Positions 13,659 through 26,200 of a stretch of 64,000 nucleotides of DNA are shown here, one piece after another. How positions within the stretch are numbered: position 1 is the first letter of the stretch; each line of letters opens with the position of its first letter. Origin of the DNA: Chlorokybus atmophyticus (lineage: Eukaryota; Plantae; Mesostigma and Chlorokybus algae); contig RHPI01000008.1 of NCBI GenBank assembly GCA_009103225.1, positions 238,015-302,014 of the forward strand, read 5' to 3'. The notes under the pieces are model-generated. The model ran no database searches and had not been told where the DNA came from. It worked only from the letters and a program-made list of their open reading frames with translations. Position numbers and translations under genes: made by a program.

Positions 13659-15889
13659 ACCAGTTCAGGTGGCTCACAGGTCGCTCCCACCAGGCTGTTG
13701 ACAGCTCTCTCAACCACACTGTCCCTCGCTCACTCCACTCTCTCTGTCTGTCTCTCACTATCCTCCTTCCCAGTCTCAGCGTTTATGTACAGTTGGGAGG
13801 TGCCACCAGCACTTCTAGTCGTTGAGCACAGTCTCAAGCTGTTGTGCTTACTCACTTGCAGTCACCTGGCAAGCACAACACAGGATCAGCAAACACAGGC
13901 GGGAACATCACCAAGACTCGCACAAGCAAAAACACTGCTTTCTAACATACACAGTCCAGTAGGACGGCGAAGCAACTCACCGGTATACAGCCTGTGTCAC
14001 AGTGTATGCAGGCGCCAAGTGAAAGATATGAAGCGGGCCAACGACTACAGGATGCACGCAATGCACTTTGCGATAAGACCACTTGTTGGAAAGGTGTCAA
14101 CAGTGCATTGATTCATATTGCTTTACTGCCACTGCTTACTAGCTGGCACGGCGTGTAAACGACAAAGCACTGGCGCACATCCGCGCTTTGCAATTGACAC
14201 GTCGACAATTTCCTCACCAGGCCAAGGCGACAGCCTAGACGACTGTGATGTGACAGCTTGATCAGGGTTGTTGCTTACGGTAACATGACTTTGTAGCGTC
14301 GCTTGACATACTATACAACACTTACCAAGCATGAAACACGCCAGGCCACAGATGGGCGGTCACATCAACAGCACGGCACCCTCCTTTGCACAACCCCTTT
14401 CCGCCCGCCGCCGCCAACGCAAGCTTGCTCACGCCTACCTCGTCCACTACCCACCACACCAGGCCTGACCAGACCGCTGCGCCGCCAGACCAGGCCCAGG
14501 CTTAGCCAGGCCTGACCAGGCCGCACAATGTATGCCACGCCAGACCAAAAGCTTTGCGCGTGCTAAACTAGCCGCTAGGCTTCGCAAGGCAAACAAACTA
14601 CAGGAGAGCCGCCGGCCAGTGTCCGATTTGTGAGTGGCTAGAGAATGAGTGATCGTTTTCAGCCGCCACCCGGACATGACCGAAGTCCCTGAGCGTGACC
14701 GACTGCCGCCCGCTCAATCCGTGCCGTGTGTGGACCGTTTGAAGAGTGTCGTTTTGCAATGCAGCGCAAGGGCGCGGAGGGTAATAATTGAGCAGGTTAG
14801 GACATGCGTTAACGACATGCTGGAAACAACTCGGCAACCCTTCCAGGATCACAGGAATCCGATTCTAACACAGTTTTTCAAGACGACCCATACGAAAACA
14901 TACCACGTGCTGCACGTTGCCTTCAGAAATGGACATTAAATTGTCATGAAGAGCGACTTCATGTTGCTTTGCTTTCTTATAGGTTGGGCGTGGTGTTTGA
15001 ATTTGGGCCCCGAAGAGCCCACAGCATAGTGGTCAACGGGTAGAAAGGTCCTTGTCAGTTCAGATTGGTTCGTTTAACAGCAGGGGGACCAGGAAGCGCG
15101 GCGTTTTACCGTGCATCATGTACGGAGATGTGCATGTACGGTGCATTTGCCTATGTACCGCGCCGACGGACATCAAAACCATGCGTGATAGGGTGCCTAC
15201 TGGAGGTCGTAAACTACTGTGGCACAGTAACACCGTCATAAGTTAATAGGCAAATTAAGAGTCTTAACAGTGCTGGCGCACCCCAACCCCGTTGATGGAC
15301 TGCAGTGGTCAGATCTCTCACAGTAGGCGCCACGTTGGCGAGCACAGTGTTGTCGCGTGGCAATTTCGTGCTCAGCGTGAGACACGGCTGGCAGCGTGAC
15401 CTATTCACTGCCGCTGTCAGAAAGCGAGGGGTCGCACGCGTGGCACACCCATGATGCGGAATCGAAATGATGTTGCAGAGATCGTACCAACGGCATTACA
15501 ATGCCGTCTGTGTGACCAGTGATCTCTGATCACATTTGCATTGTGTTACACCACTCGTGTAGATCGTGAAGGTTGCGAAATTGCGTCACATGGGCCACGC
15601 ATTGCTCTAACTTGGAGCCTCCAAGTACTTACATCTAAGGTACAAACTTAGCCACCAAGATTAAGGCTCAAGTTGCCTACAGCAACTCAACACCAACTTT
15701 ATAAGCACATAATTATTAATACATTGTCTCATGCACATTAAAACATCCACTTATGTACAGCGTGTCGCATGCAAGACGCTCGTACACACGTAAAGATATC
15801 ATAAGAGTTGATTTTATAACTGCCATTTTAAGCACATATTTATTGTTGGCTACATGCACACGACTTCCGTCACGCTGCCCTCTCATTAA

Positions 15890-16574
15890 CCTGCTGGTGA
15901 GAGTCGCATACTTCTGCACAGGCAGCTGAACTTGATTATATACCTTGCAACCAGCAACAACCCTCAAGAGAGTAGATGGGAGGAGCCCTTCACCAGCTTC
16001 AGTTAAGCAACCCACACACATGTAGTCTTGCAAGGCTAGTAAGTCCTCGCCACAAGGTGGTAGTGACACCTTTGAACTACCTGCTGCTATCCGACTTGGC
16101 ACATACAATGTCCGAGGCCAACAAGGTCTCGCCACCTATGCGCTCAGTTGTTAGAACAAGCTGACTTTGTCCACCCTCGGAACCATCAACATAAGCAGCA
16201 CTCTTGCTGCCTTAACGACTCTGCGCTTGACACTGACCAGTCCTATACTTACTGGTAGACAATGCCTTATATAGCTGCTATGTGCTTATACACTAAGTGC
16301 ATAAGAACCAACCTCATCAGCACGTATGCCTGGTGCTACACATACAATGTATACGAAATCCGCACTTAGTCCTTCTCACTTACAACACATAAATAAGGGC
16401 AATGCCTTGTGTAGCTGCTATGTCCTCATACACTGAATGCATAAAAACCAACCTCATCAGCACGTATGCCTCGTGCTACACATCATGACTATAAAACATT
16501 CTCATTTAGTCCTTCTTACTTACTACATAAGTAACGAACTGAGCGTGACTTAAGGAAATCTTATAGACGTGACA
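15890..16574 (-). mobile_element. 3' LTR of a minus-strand Gypsy element, preceded by a PPT
   Basis: Homologous by eye to 27395-27939. On the minus strand it begins TGTCACGTC at 16574, immediately after the polypurine tract GGGGAGGAA. It contains an internal duplication of about 125 bp (about 16265-16500). Confidence 0.75.
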
Positions 16575-18714
16575 TTCCTCCCCACTTGCAACTTCCACAT
16601 TGCGAACTGATTGAACACAACTCTCGCACGACAATTGCCAACAAGGGTGGCCTACGCTTTTGAACCATCGCACACTATGCATAACATAAAGTGCAAGTCA
16701 CGGGAGTTACAACCAACTCTGATACCAAGTAACAGTGCGCGCGTGTTAGCATGTCACAGAAAAGTATGTTGCACGCATTGCAACTGAGCACAAGCTCCTT
16801 TAAAGTGGCACCTGTGGATTTGGGCTCACTCTCAAACTCTGCCAACCTAGCAACACAGTTTGCCAAGTTTGAGGTTGACTCCTAGAGGTTATGCTCTCTT
16901 CACTATCACCCATCCATTTTACCAAAGATGTAATTTAAAAGCCCTTTTCAAATTTCCTGACCATTTGCCAACAATGGCTTCACCCTCTACCTCAACATGA
17001 TGTGGAGATGGCTGTACTCTGCCATCACTCTTGTATGCAAGCCATATGGCTTGAGCAGTGCCTCATTAAACACATCATGTGTTTCATGAGGGGCATCCAC
17101 AATGAATGTGGACACGCATGCTGTTTAGCAAATCTAACCCTAAAGGCACGTGTTCCTACAGCTGCAAAGACAGCGAGCGTCGGCCGAACCGTTCAGCGGT
17201 TCAAGCCACCTGGGCAGGAGCGTACACCTTTAATCTTGAGCCTAATGTTCTTGGTGCTCAACAACACCTTGTCCCCAACCTTCAGACCTTCTCCACCCTT
17301 GCGCTGCAGATCAGCATATCTTATTCCGATCATGAGGTTGAGGCTCTTACGCAATCTTTGACATCAGCCAATGCAGCGTGCATCGCTCTGTAAAATTTTA
17401 TAATCATAGGCACTTTGTTAAACGGCTGAACTTGTAGAAACACAGGCGTCACAGGTTGCCGACCATAGTGCAAGAAGATTGGAATGCTGCGCAGTGATTC
17501 TTGCCATGCATTGTTCACCGTAAACTTAGCTAATGCAGGGTGCAAATCCCAATCTTCAACATTGGGTCAAGTAAATGTCGCAACACATCCAGCAACACCT
17601 GATTTGCGTGCTCCGTCTATCCATTACTCTGTAGATGGTAAACCGAGCTCAAGCTGTGCTTAGTCCCCAAGTACTAACATGCAGCTTACCAGAACTGACT
17701 GTTGAACTTGAGGTCACGGTAAGACACCAACTTCCAAGGTACCCTGTGCAGCTTGAACACCGTGCTCACAAAGGATATGCAAATTCTTGCACACTGATGC
17801 TAGTGCGACATGGCTCACACCGGACTATCTTTGTGATATCCAGAGGTCAACAAAGAAGATGATGGCATCATGCCCTCTCGTTGTCTCAGGTAACTGTGTG
17901 ATTATATTCATGCTCACACTCTCCCACTGCTAACTTGGTATTGTTTGTGGCTTCAACAGCCCTGCTGGTTTATGGCAAGAGGCCTTGTCATGTTGACTAG
18001 TGGTACAGCTCTGTATGTACTTAGTTGCATCAGCAGCCAGATTCGGCCTCCAGTACTGTCATTACAGTATCTTAACGGTTTGTGTCATTCCTACATGACC
18101 ACTGCCAGTGCGTTGTGTGCCTGAAGCAAGCACTCTTCCCTTAGGCTGAATGCATCTTACAAAATGAACTTGCCCTCATGACACCATACTTTCATGACAA
18201 GTGATCTTGTCGTCTCCTTGCTTTAGCAGCTCAAACTCCAAGTGTCAAGTGCAGAAGTTTGCGGTAAATGCGCGATATCCTGTATCTCATTAGCAAGCTT
18301 GTGCTTAAATAGATGTTCCTTACTTGCATCAGCCACTGCCATTGGTTCCTCAGTACAAACTGATTCACCCGCAATTGGCAACTTTTAGGCACTTGCCTCA
18401 GTTGGTGGTGAATCAGTCTGCCTTTGGCGCTGAGACATCAATGATCGTTGCTCCTGTTGTTGAGATTGTGCTCCTTTTCTTAAGGTGCATATTGGCCCGC
18501 GTCATTGCTGTTGGTAACAAGGCCGAGCGACTTAAGGGAATTGCCGCGTTCACTCTCCCTGCTCTGTACACCCACGTGAAGTTGAATCGTGACAAAAACT
18601 TAGCCCACCGTGCTTGTCCCCTCGACAAAGTTGGTTGGGTGCGAAAGAAAACAAGGGGGTTGTGGTCTAGCATAATTGTAAACCCACCTTCTACCCTCTT
18701 CAAATAGCAGCACC

Positions 18715-18793
18715 TGTCACAGCCCACTCGGCCATAAAAGACTTGGTGCTTTTATGATCGATTTGTGGTAATTTAATGTACCTTCCCGTTACA
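18715..18793 (-). mobile_element. Solo LTR (79 bp) of the TRIM family, inserted in the Gypsy RNase H region
   Basis: TGTCACAGCCC...CCCGTTACA flanked by a perfect 5-bp TSD, GCACC (18710-18714 and 18794-18798). Homologous to the LTRs at 19569-20630. Confidence 0.92.
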
Positions 18794-19568
18794 GCACCAC
18801 TCTTGTAGCGCATGAACTACCCCTAGCAACTCTTGTGCAGTTGTGGTATGGTTTTTCATACCACTTGAGAGAACGTCTTGCTGAAGTTCGCAACACTAGC
18901 CCGTGTTATCGCTGCCTGTAAGAATTGCAAGCGACTCAAGAGATCTGCCGCGTTCACTCTCTCTTGCCTGTATACCCGCGAACTTCGTGACAAGCACTTA
19001 GCGCACCCTGCTTGTCTCCTCAACAGAGCTGGTTGGGTCTAAAAGAAAACAAAGGGGTTGTTAGTCTGCCACAATTATGAATCCACCTTCCACCCCCTCC
19101 AGGTAGCAGCACCACTCCAGTAACGCATGAACTACCCATTAACTCTTGTTTAATTTTTATATCGTTCTCTCAGCTGAAGAGAATTTTTTGCTCAAGTACG
19201 CAAGAGGGTGTCCATTATTAAGCAACTCTACATCAGTGCCACTCAGCGTTGTTATCAAGGGATACATCATTTATAACCTTAAAGCGCTTGGTAAAGTCAG
19301 CCAATTGCAACACAGGTGCTATCACCAAGGCCTCTTTGATGGACTTAAAGTCCTTTACATGCCCTTGTGCCTACCTTCACACAACTGTGTCTCGTAACAA
19401 GTTGGTGAGGGGTGCTACTCGTGACGCGTAACTCGTAATGTACTTCTTGGGGTTAGGGCACACGCCCTTCTCACTCACAATGTGACCCATGAATATCAGC
19501 TTTTACAGGTATGCTATCATTAAGGCCTCTTTGATGGACTCGAAGGCCTTTGCCTGCCTTTGTGCCCA

Positions 19569-20051
19569 TTTCACAGCCCACTCGACCACAAAAGACTTGG
19601 TGCTTTTATGGTCGATTTGTGGTAATGTACCTTCCCGTTACATTCCCCTCCGCTTAAGAACGCTGACATCCTCGGCAGCTGGCGCCCATCAGCTGGGGAA
19701 TCTTCCTAGGGGTCTGATTTAGGGTCGGTCACCGGCCCTACCATCTAAGGACCGGCCAATTTTGGCCCATACCGGTCAACGCGCGCATAGCGCACCGCTG
19801 CCGGCCCCACATGTCGCATTGCGACAGGCAGGTCGCGACCTATCGATAATTGCACTTATAAAGTGATCCATTTACGATGTTATTAAATGGAGGGAGAAAC
19901 AACGACCGCGGAATTTGTGTGCAAGGCAAGAATTGAACCCGGGTGTCAAGCTCCGATGACCAATGTCACAGCCCACTCGACCACAAAAGACTTGGTACTT
20001 TTATGATCAATTCGTGGTAATTTATTGTATTTACTGTACCTTCCCGTTACA
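19569..20051 (-). mobile_element. TRIM (terminal-repeat retrotransposon in miniature), complete copy, left arm of a mirror dimer
   Basis: LTRs at 19964-20051 (88 bp) and 19569-19642 (74 bp). iMet-like PBS TGGTCATCGGAGC follows the 5' LTR, PPT GGAGGGGAA precedes the 3' LTR, and the non-coding interior is about 320 bp. Confidence 0.88.
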
Positions 20052-20107
20052 TTCTGATGGGCGCCAGCTGCCGAGGACGTCAGCGTTCTTAAGTGGTGGG
20101 GGGGGAA

Positions 20108-20630
20108 TGTAGCGGGAAGGTACAGTAAATACATTAATTAACCACAAATCGACCATAAAAGTACCAAGTCTTTTATGGTCGAGTGGGCTGTGACATTGGT
20201 CATCGGAGCTTGAGACCCGGGTCAATTCTTGCCTTGCACACGAATTTCGCGGTTGCTGTTTTTCGATCCAATAACATCGTAAATGGTCACTTCATAAGTG
20301 CCATCATCGATAGGTTGCGACTTGCCTAATGGCAGTCGCGTCAGACTGGTCAGTTCAGTCGGCGCGGCAGGACGCGACCTGTGGGACCGGCAGCGGTGCG
20401 CTATGAGCGCGTTGACAGGTATGGGCCTAAATTGGCCGGTCCTTAGATGGTAGGGCCGGTGACCGACCCTAAATCAGACCCCTGGGAAGATTCCCCAGCT
20501 GATGGGCGCCAGCTGCCGAGGATGTCAGCGTTCTTAAGTTGGGGGGGGGGGGATTCAACGGGAAGGTACATTAAATTACCACAAATCGACCATAAAAGCA
20601 CCAAGTCTTTTGGTCGAGTGGGCTGTGACA
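20108..20630 (+). mobile_element. TRIM, complete copy, right arm of the mirror dimer
   Basis: LTRs at 20108-20195 (88 bp) and about 20554-20630 (77 bp). PBS TGGTCATCGGAGC at 20197-20209. G-rich PPT before each LTR. Confidence 0.88.
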
Positions 20631-23600
20631 GCCCACCTCTACACAATTATGTCTCGTAACAAGTTGATGAGGGGTGTTACTCGTGACGAGTAACTTAAAA
20701 TGTACTTTCGGTAAGTGCTCAAACCCAGGAAGGCACGCAACCCGTGCACATTCTTAACAGCAGGCCATAACCTTCGCGACCTTCTTAGGGTTAGGGCAAG
20801 CGCCTCCTCACTTAAATCACATTAACCACGATATGACCTAAGAATACCAGCTTGGTTTTCCTATACTCACATTTGGGTATGTACGCAAATGGGCATGTAC
20901 GCAAAAAACTTATTGGCACGCAACACGCGTGTCCAACACCTCGCATACATGCGCATGAGAGCAAGGGTCCTTGCTAAACACCATGATGTTATCCAAGTAT
21001 TTAAGTACTACATTCCCTATTAGCTTATGGAACATCCGGTTCATCACAGGTGGCTGCCGCATTCGTTGGTCTAAAGAAAAATCTTTGTACTGGAAGTGAC
21101 CCACAGAATTTTGAAACGCTAGCTTACGCACATCCTCTGGTATATTCCGTATACGATGGTAGCCACTGATTATATCAAATGCACTAAATGCTGAGGCCCA
21201 TTCAGCTAATTCAATTCATCATAAATCCTTAGCAATGGGTACATAATTTTTATTGTGAGCTTATTCAAAACCTTATAGTCTACGCACATGCGCAGCATGT
21301 GCGGGCTGTGCATGTGCGTGCCGTCTTCCTTTAGTACAAACAGAATAGGTGCTGATGGGAGAGCTACTTGGCTCAATCCTTTCGCAAGCAACACCTTTAT
21401 TTGCTTCTCCATGTCCGCGTGTCCAGCAGGACCAAGCCTATGCACATAGTTAAAAAGAGGTTGTGCACCCATTATGAGAAAAAATCCCGGCGAAAAGCAG
21501 TTTGGAATTAGGGTTCCACAAAATTAAACCAGGCCTGGTGCGACCGACAGCGCCATTGAGGCCGCGTAAGAACCCCGGTACAATGGGATCCGCGCCAAGT
21601 ATGGCGCGGATCGACCCTGATTTGTGAGCTGCGGACGTCCGCACCATGGTAACTTCTGGTGATCAAGTTCATCAGCAAAGCTGGTAGATGCTTATCAAGT
21701 CAACTCTATGACTGGACAGCAAGCAATTAAGTATCAGTCCCTTCTGTGGTTGTATAGCGGTGATTACCTTATCAATTGCGACTGGTCATTAATCTGCGAC
21801 CAGCCTATACGGCAAAAGGCCGCCGCAATTTAATCCATGAGAGCTCAAATTGCGCCTGATACGAAATCTTATATCAGGCCGCACGGTCTCTGGTGCGGAC
21901 ATCCTGGTTCGGACCCGTCGCATTAGGGTTCATCTCTGGTGCAGGTTGCTCGTACTGGGGACGAATCCTGCTGCGGGCTGCTCGCTCACAAGTCAGTGCG
22001 GCTAGTGCGCGGTGTACACCGTATAGTACCGATGCATTATACAATGTATTTTTGCCGGCTAACTCACCGAGTAGAAGCCTTAATCAACTGGCCGCAATTG
22101 AGTCGCGCACCTTTTCCTCCAAGCAAGAAATAGCTTTAGTCAGGTGGCTGCGGTTAAGCCGCGCATCTTTTTATCCGACTGGCTGAGATGTAGCCTCGAT
22201 CAGCTAGCGGCAGTTAGGTCGCACCTTTTGCTCCGCGGCTGAGCGAGGCAAAAGGTGCAACCCAATGGGAAATATACTGTATATCTACCCCACTACTAAT
22301 CCGACTATGGTAGCCGCATGGTGCAGTCGGCAAGGTGTGTTGTCTCCACGATGTGTGCCCGTGTTCGAGACCCGGTGTATACGGATGAATTTACCTAGGA
22401 GTGCAACGTTAATAGTGTGTCGTTTTTCGTGTGGCTTACTTAACATACTCGGTTAAGAGTTTAAGCTTTAACTGCTAAGAGACTCAGTCTATCAGACCAA
22501 TCCAGCGTGTCAATTGAGGAAAAGTACACCGTGGTTGGTTTTTGCGGGTATACGCCAGATTTCGACGCGGATTTGCGGCTTCCACCGCCCGCTATTGCCC
22601 CCTGATGCAAACATCCGCGCCATGCATGGTTGTATACACTTTTGCGCGGTGTTAACAGTACCAGATGTCGAATTCCCTCTTAGGTGGCAACTTATGCAGC
22701 ATAGCACTCATGCAGTATCTTGTTCATTGCCAATCGTCTCACCGGCTGAAGTGGGACTCTCTTTGTCAGCAAGTGGCTCAACCAGCACCAGAAAAGATTT
22801 AACACCTTTACAGGAACAGAAAAGGTATACTCACATCCGTTTGCCCTTAAGGTCACACACTCTTATTATTTGCACGCACATGCTAGATGTCTGCATTTGT
22901 GCGCAGGCCATTAGCGCCCCAATGAGCACCAACGATGACATCAACCCTTGATCAACCCATATAAGTACCACGAGAAACGTAAGTTGAGCGTGATAGCCTT
23001 GCACGCGTAAAGCCAAACACACAGACCCCCGCATTAAATCTCATGCTCATCAAGTGTGGCTACACCTTCGCTGGCTTTATGCAGATGAATACCAAACCTT
23101 TCCACCAAAGACTCACCAGCTAAGCTCTCTAATGTGCCACTGTCAATCATTGGAGTAGCTGCACTACACGTGCAATTGTTGCCTTAAATATCCACGTCGG
23201 ATTCAAGTTATCCCCCCAGTGGAAAACCGGCGGGTCATACATGACACGCACAGAGCATCTCAAGCCAGTTTGTGCTTTGTCAATCTCATATAATAATTGC
23301 ATACCCTTTGTAAACTTTAGCAATTCAGGAATGCTGTAGCCCCAAACTACAGGCTTGCAAACGCGCTGCAGTGAATAGTGGCTTTCGATGCCACTAAGAC
23401 ATGCCTGTAAACTACGCAGGTGGAGCGCATCCTGCAGGGCAAGGATGGAGACCCTCTCCTAGCTGCCAGCATCGACACACATGAAGAGTACCTCAGCAAA
23501 ATTAACACCATGATCATGTCAATAAAGCGGGAGATAAGGCAACGGTACGCAGCCCTCCGGCCATTCACCCTTGTAAAAACGCCGCACTGCATCTTGTGTC

Positions 23601-24276
23601 GAATACCGAAAAGATCCCAATCGGCGCCGGTCGCAAGAGACAGCAGCTCGTGACTCGCTCGCTGAGGAGAAGCGGCATTTGCTTAGCTGGCACAACCGTT
23701 TGAGGAGGAAGAGCAAGCTCCGGCGTCTCCTTTACAGGCCCCAGCGCGTGGTTCCATGATGACGAGCAAAGCGATGATGGAGAGGAGCTGTAGCGCAATT
23801 GGTAGTCCGATTAGCTGGTAGTGTACATAGCTGCAAGGCTCCTGTGACTGAGTGTTGTGCATCTTAAATCAGCTCAGTCAATCGTCATTATGCTCATGCA
23901 TGTCATTACTTGCATCCCTTAAATATACAACAGAACTGCAGGCATTCGAGTCACATAATCGAATTACAAGCCTTGGCAAGTGACTGAGAGACACTGTACA
24001 CATTTCAGGTACCTGTACATAGCACAGGCACATCACGATGCTGGCAGTCAGTGACAGTCGCGTGTAGTCATTCTATGCAAATACATATATATATATAACG
24101 ACAGTTAGGCATCAGTCACCTTCAGTTGCTTGAAGAATGCCTTATGTTATCGGTAATTACCTAGTTGGTGCTTGTGAATTAGGCTTGGTCGCCTGCGCTG
24201 GACTAGTGTGTAACCTGCAGGTGCCTGTCATATAGGCTGAGCCAGTTAAATAAGACTGATGTGTAATTTGCACGTG

Positions 24277-24412
24277 CCTGCTAATTAGGTGTAGTCACCT
24301 GTTAAGGCCTGATAAGTAACTAACAGGTGGCTGTTAATTGGGCATAGTCACCTGCTAAGGCCTGATAGGTCACCAGCAGGCGCCTGTTAATTAAGCATAG
24401 TCAACTGTTAAA
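24277..24412. repeat. 53-bp tandem repeat, about 2.6 copies
   Basis: The unit (C/G)CTG(C/T)TAATT...TAGTCACCTG..AAGGCCTGATA recurs at 24277, 24330 and 24383. Confidence 0.8.
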
Positions 24413-24959
24413 GACCAAATTGTAAAGGAAAAGGCTTGATAGTAACGGAAGTTACTATTAGGTCCTTGTATTGAGATTACAGGTGGAGTGAGCCACGACA
24501 GTCTAAATCAGTATTCTCAGGTGCACGGCCGTTGCTAATATTTAGTCTGCCGGCAGGGGAAACATATTGCGACGAAGGCCAACCATGGTTATTTATATTT
24601 GGGCACTGTGACACATGCACTTGTGTTATGCATACTCTTGCTCTTGCACTGTGCATAGTGGTTGAGCACCGTTAACAACTTGGTAAAGGGCGCATTGAGC
24701 AGCACATGCTTGCCCACACAGTCATGCATCCGATAATAATTAGAATGTCGGAGTCAACATGCACACCCATATCATTATTCAATATAGAAACATCACATGT
24801 GCGAAGGGCAGGGTGGACATTACAAACAAAGTTTAACATAATGTTCGTAGCTGGCTGGGCCTTGCTGCTAATCGAGCAGCTCTCAACCCCGTTTTCGTAC
24901 GCAAAGGGCTTGTCATTAATATATTAATGAGGTAGGGTCATCATGGGGCAGATCATCTG

Positions 24960-26200
24960 CCCCATGATGACCACTCAATAGCCCTTCTCCCCGCACTTGA
25001 AGCATACTCTAGCCTTGAAGTGAGCACCCTTCAGCTTCGGCGAGATCTGAGGGAGTTTGTTGGCATGCTTCTTATTGGCAAATTGAAAGGGCTTGCCCTT
25101 GCTGTTTGGGTGACCGCGTGTGGTTGTTGCCTCTGCTATTACTGTTAAAAACTTTGGTGGCGGATGAGGAGGGCGGAGGGCTAAGAGCTGTTTACAAGAG
25201 TCAGCTTCTTGGCCTCGTTGATCATGCGCTGGCGGTTGTCATGCTGCACACCCGTATGCTTCATTAAGTCATTGTTACATTGCATACTGTCCTGGGGCAG
25301 ACATTTAAGGACCCAAACAAGCCTCCATTCAGGGGTTTAAGGTCACTTGTACAATATAATTTAGCAGCTTGATCATCATTCACACAACCTACCAGCGTCT
25401 GCCACGCACGCTGAGTTCTCGAGAAGTTGAGCCAATAACAATCAAGTTTTCAAACAGTTTGAACCGCGGCCAATGCAATATAGTCGCTAACCGTTGGCCG
25501 CAAAATTGCCCCCGCCCCGCGCGCCGGGGCACATCGCGCCGTGCGGCTCACTCCATGATCGGGGCAAAGGCATTGTTTGTGACCAGCCGCCGAAGGCGCG
25601 CTGTGCACTGCCAGGTCCACGGTGGAGCCGGGCATTTTTAATTCCCGCCGTTAGGCTGCCTTCGCGACAATTAGGGTTTTTCGGGCTAGTAGGTAAAACA
25701 GTTTATTAGGAGGGCACAATGTAATGCAGCATGGGTGAAGAATTCAAGGCCTTCCTTGAAAGTCAACTGCTTTTGCGCGTCCGCTGGCAGAACAGCCAAT
25801 ACTTGCCCATCTTCTCCGCTGTAAAGAGCGGCGTGCCAGCGTCAAATGCGACACACACTGACGCGAAAAAAATAGTAAAATCCTGCACTGACTGCTCGAG
25901 CTTGATATTTAAGCGCTTGAGCTTGTCACGTGCTTTCTGCGATGGGTTAACACCCCCATAGGCCTGCAACACAGCAGTCTCAAACACATCGAGGCTCGTG
26001 GCATCTTTGCCAGCGGCCTTTAGGCGTGGGGAAGCCCCTTTCCACATACGTGCAGCACTGCCCCGCAAGTATGATGCTGAAAGTGTAACTACCTTGGCCT
26101 TATGCCCTGGCAAAACCTCAACAACACTTAACACACGCTTGCGTTTCAATAAGCAATTACGCACGGCGACATTAAGATCCTTGCCATTCTTTTCCTGAGC
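24960..26200 (-). mobile_element. Degenerate Gypsy gag (retrotransposon gag domain plus broken zinc knuckle)
   Basis: SYLRGSAARMW...LDVFETAVLQAYGGVNPSQKARDKLKRL...QSVQDFTIFF (25763-26164). VCFKCGEKGY followed by a stop at about 24975-25010. Confidence 0.78.

Larger units (their letters stand above)
16590..21472 (-). mobile_element. Degenerate chromovirus-type Ty3/Gypsy pol (RT, RNase H, integrase, chromodomain), frameshifted and partly duplicated
   Basis: RT: [11 protein letters not shown]...[16 protein letters not shown] (21206-21472) and YLDNIMVFSK (about 20980). RNase H: LDHNPLVFFRTQPTLSRGQARWAKFLSRFNFTWVYRAG (18413-18700, second copy about 18900-19120). Integrase: AKFTVNNAWQESLRSIPIFLHYGRQP (about 17450). 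HDVFNEALLKPY, YKSDGRVQP and LVKWMG...NLANC form a decayed chromodomain (16850-17070). Confidence 0.9.

Noticed and set aside
16300-16480. CTGATGAG on the minus strand of the LTR (also near 6200 and 62515) as a hammerhead ribozyme core
   Set aside because: No stem II followed by GAAA, and no closing stems.
19925-19965. tRNA B-box-like GGTTCAATTC next to the TRIM PBS (Cassandra-like Pol III promoter?)
   Set aside because: The only A-box-like sequence lies 13 nt away, too close for a Pol III promoter. There is no cloverleaf or 5S similarity, and the motif is mutated in the second copy.
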